From Chloroflexota bacterium (GTDB taxonomy: Bacteria > Chloroflexota > Limnocylindria > QHBO01): 64,000 nucleotides of DNA. The stretch covers positions 780,908-844,907 of the forward strand of contig JAILWI010000001.1 of assembly GCA_025699005.1 (NCBI GenBank), in the 5' to 3' direction. Both the position numbers and the translations under genes were made by a program. Below, piece by piece: positions 46,569 to 54,056 of this stretch (the first letter of the stretch is position 1; each line of letters begins with the position of its first letter). Below the pieces are notes generated by a model that was not told the origin of the DNA, did not search any database, and was given only the letters and a program-made list of their open reading frames with translations.

Positions 46569-47716
46569 CTGGTCCTTGCCTCCTCCATGGGTGCTTCCGG
46601 GTCCGATCGACCCGCATCGTCGATGACGAATGTGTGCTGGGGATTCCAGCTGAGCCGGACGTCCTGGCCATCCGAGAGGACCTCGGACGCCCCGCTGGTC
46701 GTCAGGTTCTGGGCATAGACGGTGAGGGTGTGTCCCTCGGCCGTCTTCACGAGGTACTGCGTGCTGACCCCGATGTAGCTGGCGTCGAGCACCGTGCCCT
46801 CGAGAACGTTCGTCTCCGTGGCCCCCGCGGTGACCTCCGCCCCCCGCGGAACGACGCGCAGCTTCTCGGGGCGGATGCCGACACGGACCTTCGCCGCGCC
46901 GTTCGTGGCCGCGGCCGGCGCCTGCACGAGCACGCCGTTCGTCAGCCGGATGCTCACCATGTCGCCGTCGCGCTCGGTCACCTCCCCGTCGAGAAGGTTG
47001 CTCACGCCCAGGAAGCCCGCGACGAACTCCGTCGTGGGCCGTTCGTAGAGCTCCTCGGGAGCTCCGAGCTGCTCGATGCGGCCCGCCCGCATGACCGCGA
47101 TGCGATCGGACATCGTCATCGCCTCCTCCTGGTCGTGCGTCACGAAGATGAAGGTGATCCCGATCTCGCTCTGGATGCGCTTCAGCTCGACCTGCATCTG
47201 CTTGCGCAGCTTGAGGTCGAGGGCACCGAGCGGCTCGTCGAGGAGGAGCACGCGCGGGTTGTTGACGAGCGCACGGGCGAGCGCGACGCGCTGCTGCTGG
47301 CCGCCCGACAGCTGGTTGGGGCGCCGCTCCTCGTAGCCGGGGAGCTCCACGAGCTCCAGCATGAAGGCCACCTGGCGCCGAATCTCCCCGAGGGCCGTCT
47401 TGCGCCGCCGGAGCCCGAAGGCGATGTTCTCGAAGACCGAGAGGTGCGGGAAGAGGGCGTAGTTCTGGAAGACGGTGTTCGTCGCCCGCTTGAAGGGCGG
47501 AAGGTCGGTGACGTTCTGATCGCCGAGGTAGATCGCGCCCGAGGTCACCTCCTCGAAGCCGCCGATCATGCGCAGCGTGGTGGTCTTGCCGCAGCCTGAC
47601 GGACCGAGCAGCGAGAAGAACTCCCCCTCGGGAATCTCCAGGCTCAGGTCGTCGACGGCGGTGAAGCTGCCGAAGCGCTTCGTGACACGGTCGAGGCGGA
47701 CATCGGCTTCAGGCAC
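46565..47716 (-). CDS. potA: Spermidine/putrescine ABC ATP-binding protein
   Basis: [46 protein letters not shown]-like C-terminus. Confidence 0.9.
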   Translation of the reverse strand: MPEADVRLDRVTKRFGSFTAVDDLSLEIPEGEFFSLLGPSGCGKTTTLRMIGGFEEVTSGAIYLGDQNVTDLPPFKRATNTVFQNYALFPHLSVFENIAFGLRRRKTALGEIRRQVAFMLELVELPGYEERRPNQLSGGQQQRVALARALVNNPRVLLLDEPLGALDLKLRKQMQVELKRIQSEIGITFIFVTHDQEEAMTMSDRIAVMRAGRIEQLGAPEELYERPTTEFVAGFLGVSNLLDGEVTERDGDMVSIRLTNGVLVQAPAAATNGAAKVRVGIRPEKLRVVPRGAEVTAGATETNVLEGTVLDASYIGVSTQYLVKTAEGHTLTVYAQNLTTSGASEVLSDGQDVRLSWNPQHTFVIDDAGRSDPEAPMEEARTR

Positions 47717-47760
47717 GCTGGGTCACTCGGGCCAACCTTGTCGCTGTGCTGTAAGGAATG

Positions 47761-47791
47761 AGTATAGGTTGTGGCAAACGAGGGCTGTCAA
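47761..47791 (-). promoter_or_regulatory. Promoter of the pot operon with a 19-bp spacer
   Basis: Minus strand TTGACA (47791-47786), 19 nt, TATACT (47766-47761). Confidence 0.7.
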
Positions 47792-47877
47792 CAATTGATC
47801 GCTTGCTCGCAACTTCGGCGTGGGTTCGCGCGTCTGTGACGCATCGCCCGTTCACCAGCGCGTGGAGTACCGAGCAC

Positions 47878-48009
47878 ATGGCAAAGCTGAACCACCAGAA
47901 GCGGCACCGACCGCGTCCCGTCGCGACGCGACGGCGCCGCGCCAACCTGCAGCGGGTCGAGGAGCAGCGCAGCCGCCGCGAGATGGAACGCTGGCGCCGA
48001 AGCGCCTGA
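47878..48009 (+). CDS. Small Arg-rich peptide (43 aa)
   Basis: GGAG upstream of ATG; MAKLNHQKRHRPRPVATRRRRANLQRVEEQRSRREMERWRRSA; followed by a 13-bp hairpin. Confidence 0.5.
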   Translation: MAKLNHQKRHRPRPVATRRRRANLQRVEEQRSRREMERWRRSA

Positions 48010-48032
48010 GCCGCCCTCCTCCCCGATGTCTC

Positions 48033-48061
48033 CGACCCGACCGGCCCCGCCGGTCGGGTCG
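48033..48061. terminator. Perfect 13-bp hairpin (possible terminator or processing site)
   Basis: CGACCCGACCGGC-CCC-GCCGGTCGGGTCG, with no clear U-tract. Confidence 0.45.
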
Positions 48062-48112
48062 TCCACTTGTACACTCGGCACCCACCGATTCCGCAACGGA
48101 GCACGCCCCTTC

Positions 48113-49264
48113 ATGGACTTCGCCCTCTCGCCGCAGCACGAGGAGATCCGTCGCACGGTGCGCGACTTCGCCGAGAAGCGGATCGCACCGGTCGCCGACG
48201 ACCTCGAGCGCAAGGGCGAGTTCCCGATGGACATCATTCGCGAGGCCGCCTCGCTCGGCCTGCTCGGGGTCCCGTATCCCGAGGAGATCGGCGGCACGGG
48301 CCTCGACTCCCTGGCCTACGCGATCACCGTGGAGGAGCTGTCGCGGGTCTCGGGCAGCGTCGGCATCATCGTCAGCGCGCACACCAGCCTCGGGTGCAAC
48401 CCGGTCTGGCTGGCAGGGACCGACGAGCAGAAGGAGAAGTACCTGCGGCCGATGGCATCGGGCGAGGTGATCGGCGCCTACGGGCTCACCGAGCCCGGCG
48501 CGGGGAGTGACTCTCGGGGGACTCGCACCCGCGCGCATCGCGACGGCGACACGTGGGTCATCAACGGTGGCAAGCGCTTCATCACGAATGCCGGCGTGGC
48601 GGGGACCTACATCGTCACGGCCGTCACCGACCGCGAGGAGCAGAGCGGCAAGATCAGCGCCTTCATCGTCGAGGCCGATACGCCCGGCTTCAGCATCGGG
48701 CGCATGGAGGAGAAGATGGGCCTCCATGCCAGCAACACCGGTGAGCTGATTTTCGAGGACTGCCGCATTCCCGCCGAGAACATGCTCGGCCCGGAGGGGG
48801 AGGGGGACAAGCTGTTCCTCAAGACGCTCGACGGGGGCCGCATCGGGATCGCCTCGATGGCGCTCGGGCTCGCCCAGGCGGCCTACGAGGCCGCATCGGC
48901 GTATGCGAAGGAGCGGAAGCAGTTCGACCGCCCCATCGGCGCGTTCCAGGGCGTCGCCTTCAAGATCGCCGATGCCGCGACGGGGATCGACGCCGCGCGC
49001 CTGATGACGTACCGCGCCGCGTGGCTCAAGGACAACGGCCGTCCGTACAGCACCGAAGCGGCCATGGCCAAGCTGTACGCCTCCGAGGTCGCGCGCGACG
49101 TGACGAACGACGCCATCCAGGTCCACGGTGGCTACGGATACATCACCGAGTACCGCGTCGAGCGCTACCTGCGCGACGCGAAGCTGACCGAGATCGGCGA
49201 GGGCACCAGCGAGATCCAGCGCATGGTCATCGCCCGCAACCTCCTCGGCCTGCGCGCGATGTAG
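48113..49264 (+). CDS. Acyl-CoA dehydrogenase (short/branched-chain type)
   Basis: GAYGLTEPGAGSD, NGGKRFITN, KMGLHAS.T, R.QF..PI..FQ, QVHGGYGY, IGEGTSEIQR. Confidence 0.95.
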   Translation: MDFALSPQHEEIRRTVRDFAEKRIAPVADDLERKGEFPMDIIREAASLGLLGVPYPEEIGGTGLDSLAYAITVEELSRVSGSVGIIVSAHTSLGCNPVWLAGTDEQKEKYLRPMASGEVIGAYGLTEPGAGSDSRGTRTRAHRDGDTWVINGGKRFITNAGVAGTYIVTAVTDREEQSGKISAFIVEADTPGFSIGRMEEKMGLHASNTGELIFEDCRIPAENMLGPEGEGDKLFLKTLDGGRIGIASMALGLAQAAYEAASAYAKERKQFDRPIGAFQGVAFKIADAATGIDAARLMTYRAAWLKDNGRPYSTEAAMAKLYASEVARDVTNDAIQVHGGYGYITEYRVERYLRDAKLTEIGEGTSEIQRMVIARNLLGLRAM

Positions 49265-49347
49265 GAACGAATGCCGCGATTGCGATAGGCTGTGCACCCG
49301 GCTCGTTGGTCCGACGGCCGAGCAGACAGTGGAGAGGTGCCCCCATC

Positions 49348-49938
49348 GTGAGCAGCCGCATCGACGAGCTCGACGCCATCGTGCGCCAGTTCGACCTCAA
49401 TGAGCATCCGTTCTACACCGAGTGGCGCGCCGGGACCCTGCCGGTCGAGCGCCTTGCCGAGTATGCCGACGAGTGGGCGCCGTTCATCGCCGCCGTGGAC
49501 AAGGGTTGGGATCGCCTCGGTTACGCCGAGTACGCGGCCGAAGAGCGTGAGCACGATTCCCTGTGGCAGCACTTCCGTGCGTCGCTCGGCGCCAACGGCT
49601 CGTCCAGCCGACCGCAGTCGAAGACTCTGCTCGCCGTCGGCGAGAACGCCTTCGCCGCCATCCCCGAGGCGCTCGGGGCGCTGTACAGCTTCGAGGTCCA
49701 GCAGCCGAAGACCGCGTCGAGCAAGCTCGCCGGCCTGCGGGAGCACTATGCCGGCACGGTCGACGCCGAAGGGCAGCGCTACTTCGAGGAGCATGCCGTC
49801 GAGACCGATGAGCCCGCCATGCTGGCCGAGATGATCGACAACCTGTCCGAGGGCGACTTCGCCCGGGCACGGACCGCCTGTGCCCTCTTCAGCGCCGCGG
49901 CCTGGGGCGCGCTCGACGGGGTGTACTACACCGACTGA
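49348..49938 (+). CDS. Heme-oxygenase-like (TenA/PqqC/CADD-type) helical-bundle metalloprotein
   Basis: HPFY..W..G.L, EEREH..LW..F, ALYSFE.Q.P..A..K..GL, YFEEH, AW..LD. Confidence 0.78.
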   Translation: MSSRIDELDAIVRQFDLNEHPFYTEWRAGTLPVERLAEYADEWAPFIAAVDKGWDRLGYAEYAAEEREHDSLWQHFRASLGANGSSSRPQSKTLLAVGENAFAAIPEALGALYSFEVQQPKTASSKLAGLREHYAGTVDAEGQRYFEEHAVETDEPAMLAEMIDNLSEGDFARARTACALFSAAAWGALDGVYYTD

Positions 49939-51893
49939 GGCCCGCGGGCCCCGGCCATCGCGACGAACGGGTCGAGCGAGGCCGGATCGGACAACGAGCC
50001 GCGTGATGCGGCGAGCTCGGGATCGGTGCCGGTGAGGATTCGCTTCACCGGCACTTCGAGCTTCTTGCCCGAGAGCGTGCGCGGGATGGCCGGGACGGCC
50101 ACGATCTCGTCGGGCACGTGGCGTGGCGACAGCGTGCCGCGCAGCTCACCCACGATCTCCGCGCGCAGACCGTCGTCGAGCTCGCGAGAGGGCGCCAGCG
50201 CGACGAACAGGAGGAGTCGATCCTCGTCGTCGAGATGGACGACGAGCGAGTCCGCCACTGCGGGGTTCGCCTCGACCACCGCGTAGAACTCGGCCGTGCC
50301 GATGCGGACGCCGCCCCGGTTCAGGGTCGCATCCGATCGACCGCTGATCACCGCGGATCCACGCTCGGTGAACGTGATCCAGTCACCGTGCCGCCAGACG
50401 CCGGGGAAGTCCTCGAAATACGCGGCCCGGTAACGGTCGCCAGCCGGGTCGTTCCAGAATCCGACCGGCATCGATGGCATCGGTGCCGTGATGACGAGCT
50501 CCCCCTGCTCGCCGACGAGGGATCGCCCGTCCGGGGAGAAGGCCTCGACCGCACAGCCCAGGTGCCGGCACGACAGCTCGCCCTCCCAGACCGGGACGAG
50601 CGGCGAGGCGCCGACGAACGCCGTGCACACGTCCGTGCCGCCCGAGACCGACTGCAGGTGTGCCACCCGTGAGATGGCGTCGTACACGTAGCGGAATCCT
50701 TCCGCCGGCAGTGGTGCCCCGGTCGAGCCGATCCCGCGGATCGCCGAGAGGTCGACGATCTCCGCCGGACGCAGGTCCGCCTTGCGGCACGCCATGAGGT
50801 ACGGCGCGCTGGTGCCGAAGTAAGTGACGCGCTCCTCGGCCGCCAGCTGCCACAGCGCCCCGAGATCGGGATGTGCCGGCGATCCGTCGTACAGCACGAT
50901 CGTGGCGTCCACGGCCAGGCCCGACACGAGGTAGTTCCACATCATCCAGCCGGTCGTGCTGAACCAGAAGAAGCGATCCTCCCCGCCGAGGTCGTGATGG
51001 AGGGCGTGGATCTTCAGGTGCTCGAGCAGGATGCCGCCGTGGCCGTGGATGATCGGCTTGGGAAGCCCGGTGGTCCCCGAGCTGTAGAGCACGAACAGCG
51101 GATGGTCGAAGGGGACGGGCGCGAACTCGAGCGGCTCGTGGTCGGCAACCAGGTCGGCCCACGGCATCGCGTCGGGGATGCGCGTTTCGGTCGGATACAG
51201 GTAGGGCAGCACGACGGTCGAGCGGAGGCTGGGAAGCGCCTCGCGGATGGCCGCAACCTCGGCGGTCCGGTCGACGTCGCGCGAGCCGTAGCGGTAGCCG
51301 TCGATCGTCAGCAGCACCTTCGGCTCGACCTGGCTCAGCCGATCGACGACGCTGCGGGTCCCGAACTCCGGCGCGCAGCTCGACCACGTCGCTCCGAGCG
51401 AGGCGGTGGCGAGCAGCGCCACGGCGGCCTCGGGGACGTTCGGGAGGTACGCGGCGACCCGGTCACCGCGACGCACGCCGAGGCGACGGAGCCCGGCGCG
51501 CGTCCGTGCCACGGCATCGCGCAGCTCGGCGGCGGTCATCGTGATCCGCTCGCGGGTCTGTGACCGGGCGATGACGACGACATCGTCGTCGCGGCGCCCG
51601 GCGAGCCGCAGGCAGTGCTCGGCCCAGTTCAGCTGTGCGCCGGGGAACCAGCGTGAGCCCGGCATGCGGGCGTCGGCGAGCGCCGGTCCGGGTGCTTCGC
51701 CGCCGCTCACGCCGAAGTGGTCCCAGACCGATGACCAGAAGCCGTCGAGGTCCTCGATCGACCATGCCAGCAGCGCGTCGTAATCGGCGAATGTGAGGCC
51801 GCGCTCGCGCTCGAGCCACGACAGGTAGGTGCCGATGCGCGTACGCTCGCGGACGTCGTCGGGCGGTTGCCAGAGCACCGGAGGCGAGGTCAT
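49926..51893 (-). CDS. Acetoacetate--CoA ligase
   Basis: WFPGA.LNWAE, YSSGTTGLPK.I.H, TTGWMMWN, SGGTD, W.HGD, GRSDATLNRGGVRIGT, SGKKLEVPVK. Confidence 0.93.
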   Translation of the reverse strand: MTSPPVLWQPPDDVRERTRIGTYLSWLERERGLTFADYDALLAWSIEDLDGFWSSVWDHFGVSGGEAPGPALADARMPGSRWFPGAQLNWAEHCLRLAGRRDDDVVVIARSQTRERITMTAAELRDAVARTRAGLRRLGVRRGDRVAAYLPNVPEAAVALLATASLGATWSSCAPEFGTRSVVDRLSQVEPKVLLTIDGYRYGSRDVDRTAEVAAIREALPSLRSTVVLPYLYPTETRIPDAMPWADLVADHEPLEFAPVPFDHPLFVLYSSGTTGLPKPIIHGHGGILLEHLKIHALHHDLGGEDRFFWFSTTGWMMWNYLVSGLAVDATIVLYDGSPAHPDLGALWQLAAEERVTYFGTSAPYLMACRKADLRPAEIVDLSAIRGIGSTGAPLPAEGFRYVYDAISRVAHLQSVSGGTDVCTAFVGASPLVPVWEGELSCRHLGCAVEAFSPDGRSLVGEQGELVITAPMPSMPVGFWNDPAGDRYRAAYFEDFPGVWRHGDWITFTERGSAVISGRSDATLNRGGVRIGTAEFYAVVEANPAVADSLVVHLDDEDRLLLFVALAPSRELDDGLRAEIVGELRGTLSPRHVPDEIVAVPAIPRTLSGKKLEVPVKRILTGTDPELAASRGSLSDPASLDPFVAMAGARGPQSV

Positions 51894-51926
51894 GCCGCCG
51901 ATCATGCCAGAGGCGGCGCTATCCTC

Positions 51927-54056
51927 ATGCGACCGATGCTCCCGTCCCTCGCCGCGTTCCTCCTTCTCGTCGGGGGATTCCTGCCGCCGGCCGCGGATCC
52001 GCCGGCGATCGCGGTGGTCCCCGACGAGCGGGACACCGTCAACCTCCCGGACGCCGCCATCCTCCAGACGCTCGTCGCGGACCTCGATGGCGACGGCGCG
52101 CGCGAGGTGCTGCGCCTCGTCCGTGGACCGGACGACGAGGCGCTCGTGGAGGCGTGGGCGCAGGGGCCGGCGGGATGGGTGCTCGTCGACGACCCGCTGC
52201 AGGTCGTGCCCCCGTCGCGAATCGGGACGCGGATCGATCCGGTCTACCTCGCGACCCCCGTCCGCATGCTCCTGCGCCGAATCGACGGGGTCGACCGCGT
52301 GACGGTCGCCAGCCAGCCCCACTTCGAGGAGATCGACGTCGGCGATCCGTGCTGCCTCGTCCTCGAGGATGTCGTCCTGGGCCCCGGCGGCCTCGATGCC
52401 CGCAGCGTCGCGGAGGCGATCGATTTCAGCGACGCGATCCTCGCGATCGATCTCGACGGCGATGGGACCGATGAGCTCCTCACGACCCGCTCCCTGCCGC
52501 CGCTCGGCGACATCGAGTTTCCGACCGAGGCCCGGGTCCACCGCTGGGACGGCTCGGGGTTCCTCCCTCCGACGGTGACGCGGCTGACCGTCGGGTCGGG
52601 CCACGCGCCGCGGCTGCTCGGCGACAGCGACGGACTGCCCGGCGACGAGGCGATGTTCGTGTCGGGCGACCCCGGTGTGTCCGGGGTCTTCCGGGTCCGC
52701 CTCGACGCCGGTGATCTCCTGGCCACCGATGGAGCGGACCTGCCGGCCACGGACGCCATCGCCTTCCCGGCGACCGAGGGAGACGGGGTCGCGCTCGTCG
52801 GGCCGACGATCGGCTTCGCGATCGCCCCGTGGCCGGCCGGCGAGGGCGTCGGAGAGCCGACGACGGAGCTCACGATCGCCGACGGCCGGATCGTGGGCGT
52901 CGCCGCGGTCGACGGCCCGCGGGTGGTCGTCCACGAGCCGCGGACGGAGTCGCTCCGGCTCGTCGGCGCGCCTGCCGCCGCCGGTCCGGCTGCGGTCACC
53001 GTCACGCGCAGCCCGGCCGCGGCGCGTCTGGAGGGAGGGCCGTTGGTCGCGTACAGCGGACCGATTCCCGGCGGCGGAGCGGACGGCGCGCCGGCTGTCA
53101 TCCACCAGGGCCGCCTCATCCCGTCGCCGTTCGCCGGGCCGTTCGACGAGTCATCGCTCATCGCCAGCCTGGCGGGGGCGCAGCCGGTGGGCCTAGCCGG
53201 TCCCGATCGCGACCTGATCGTGCTCGACCATGCGCCGATCGGGTTCCAGCCGCCGATCGACCCGGCCGGGGGCTCCCTGCTCGTGCCGCCGGTGCGTCCG
53301 GCTTCGTGGACGAGCATCGTGCCGGTCGAGGTGGCGGGGGAGCGAGAGCACGATGACGGATTGCTCGAGCCGCCGATCCGGGACGCCAGGGTGGTCGACG
53401 GCCGCGGCGCGATCGCCGTCGGTCGGGCCGGATTCGTCGCCGAGGTCGGTGCCCCCGCCGGCTCTCGCGTCTACGTCGTGGATGGGGACCCATCGGTCGT
53501 CCGTTCGCCCATCGTGGTGCCGGACGGGGGTCGGGTCGACGCGCCGTTCCCGCCGCCGAACGTCGTGACGCCCGATGCGCGCTACCGGGCGGTCCTGCTG
53601 GTGCAGACCCCGGCGGGTCACGCGTACCAGGCGACGTGGGACGTGCGGGTCAGGACGGACCCGCCGCCCCTCGCGGTCGGCTCGTCGACCCCGTTCGGCT
53701 CGGGAGCGGTCGAGATCTCGGGCACGACGCAGGCCGGCGCCGAGGTTCGCGTCGACGGGCAGGTCGTGGAGCCCGACGCCGACGGTGGCTTCCGCGCGAT
53801 GGTCGAGGTACCGCCGTGGCCCACCGACGTCACGATCGACGTGGACGACGGGCTCGGCAACCTCGCGACGCGGAACGTGACCGTCATCGGATGGTTCGAC
53901 TACCGCGGGCTGCCGTGGGTGCCGATCAGCGCGGCGCTCGTCGCCGTGGTCGGCGTGGTGCTCTTCCTGCGGGTCCCGCGCGCCGCCCCCCTGCCGCGCC
54001 GCGAGGACGACGACGCGGTCTACGAGGAGATCGACCCCGACGACGACCGGCGCTAG
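51927..54056 (+). CDS. Large secreted or membrane-anchored protein with FG-GAP-like Ca-binding motifs and an Ig-like C-terminal domain
   Basis: Signal peptide, DLDGDG.RE and DLDGDGTDE, GDSDG.PGDE, ISGTT..GA.V.VDG...D..GN, C-terminal TM and acidic tail. Confidence 0.7.
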   Translation: MRPMLPSLAAFLLLVGGFLPPAADPPAIAVVPDERDTVNLPDAAILQTLVADLDGDGAREVLRLVRGPDDEALVEAWAQGPAGWVLVDDPLQVVPPSRIGTRIDPVYLATPVRMLLRRIDGVDRVTVASQPHFEEIDVGDPCCLVLEDVVLGPGGLDARSVAEAIDFSDAILAIDLDGDGTDELLTTRSLPPLGDIEFPTEARVHRWDGSGFLPPTVTRLTVGSGHAPRLLGDSDGLPGDEAMFVSGDPGVSGVFRVRLDAGDLLATDGADLPATDAIAFPATEGDGVALVGPTIGFAIAPWPAGEGVGEPTTELTIADGRIVGVAAVDGPRVVVHEPRTESLRLVGAPAAAGPAAVTVTRSPAAARLEGGPLVAYSGPIPGGGADGAPAVIHQGRLIPSPFAGPFDESSLIASLAGAQPVGLAGPDRDLIVLDHAPIGFQPPIDPAGGSLLVPPVRPASWTSIVPVEVAGEREHDDGLLEPPIRDARVVDGRGAIAVGRAGFVAEVGAPAGSRVYVVDGDPSVVRSPIVVPDGGRVDAPFPPPNVVTPDARYRAVLLVQTPAGHAYQATWDVRVRTDPPPLAVGSSTPFGSGAVEISGTTQAGAEVRVDGQVVEPDADGGFRAMVEVPPWPTDVTIDVDDGLGNLATRNVTVIGWFDYRGLPWVPISAALVAVVGVVLFLRVPRAAPLPRREDDDAVYEEIDPDDDRR

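Noticed and set aside
54005-54056. DDDAVYEEID tail resembling a eukaryotic SH2-binding pYEEI motif
   Set aside because: A four-residue match in an acidic tail is likely chance, and there is no evidence of host association or tyrosine kinases in the window.
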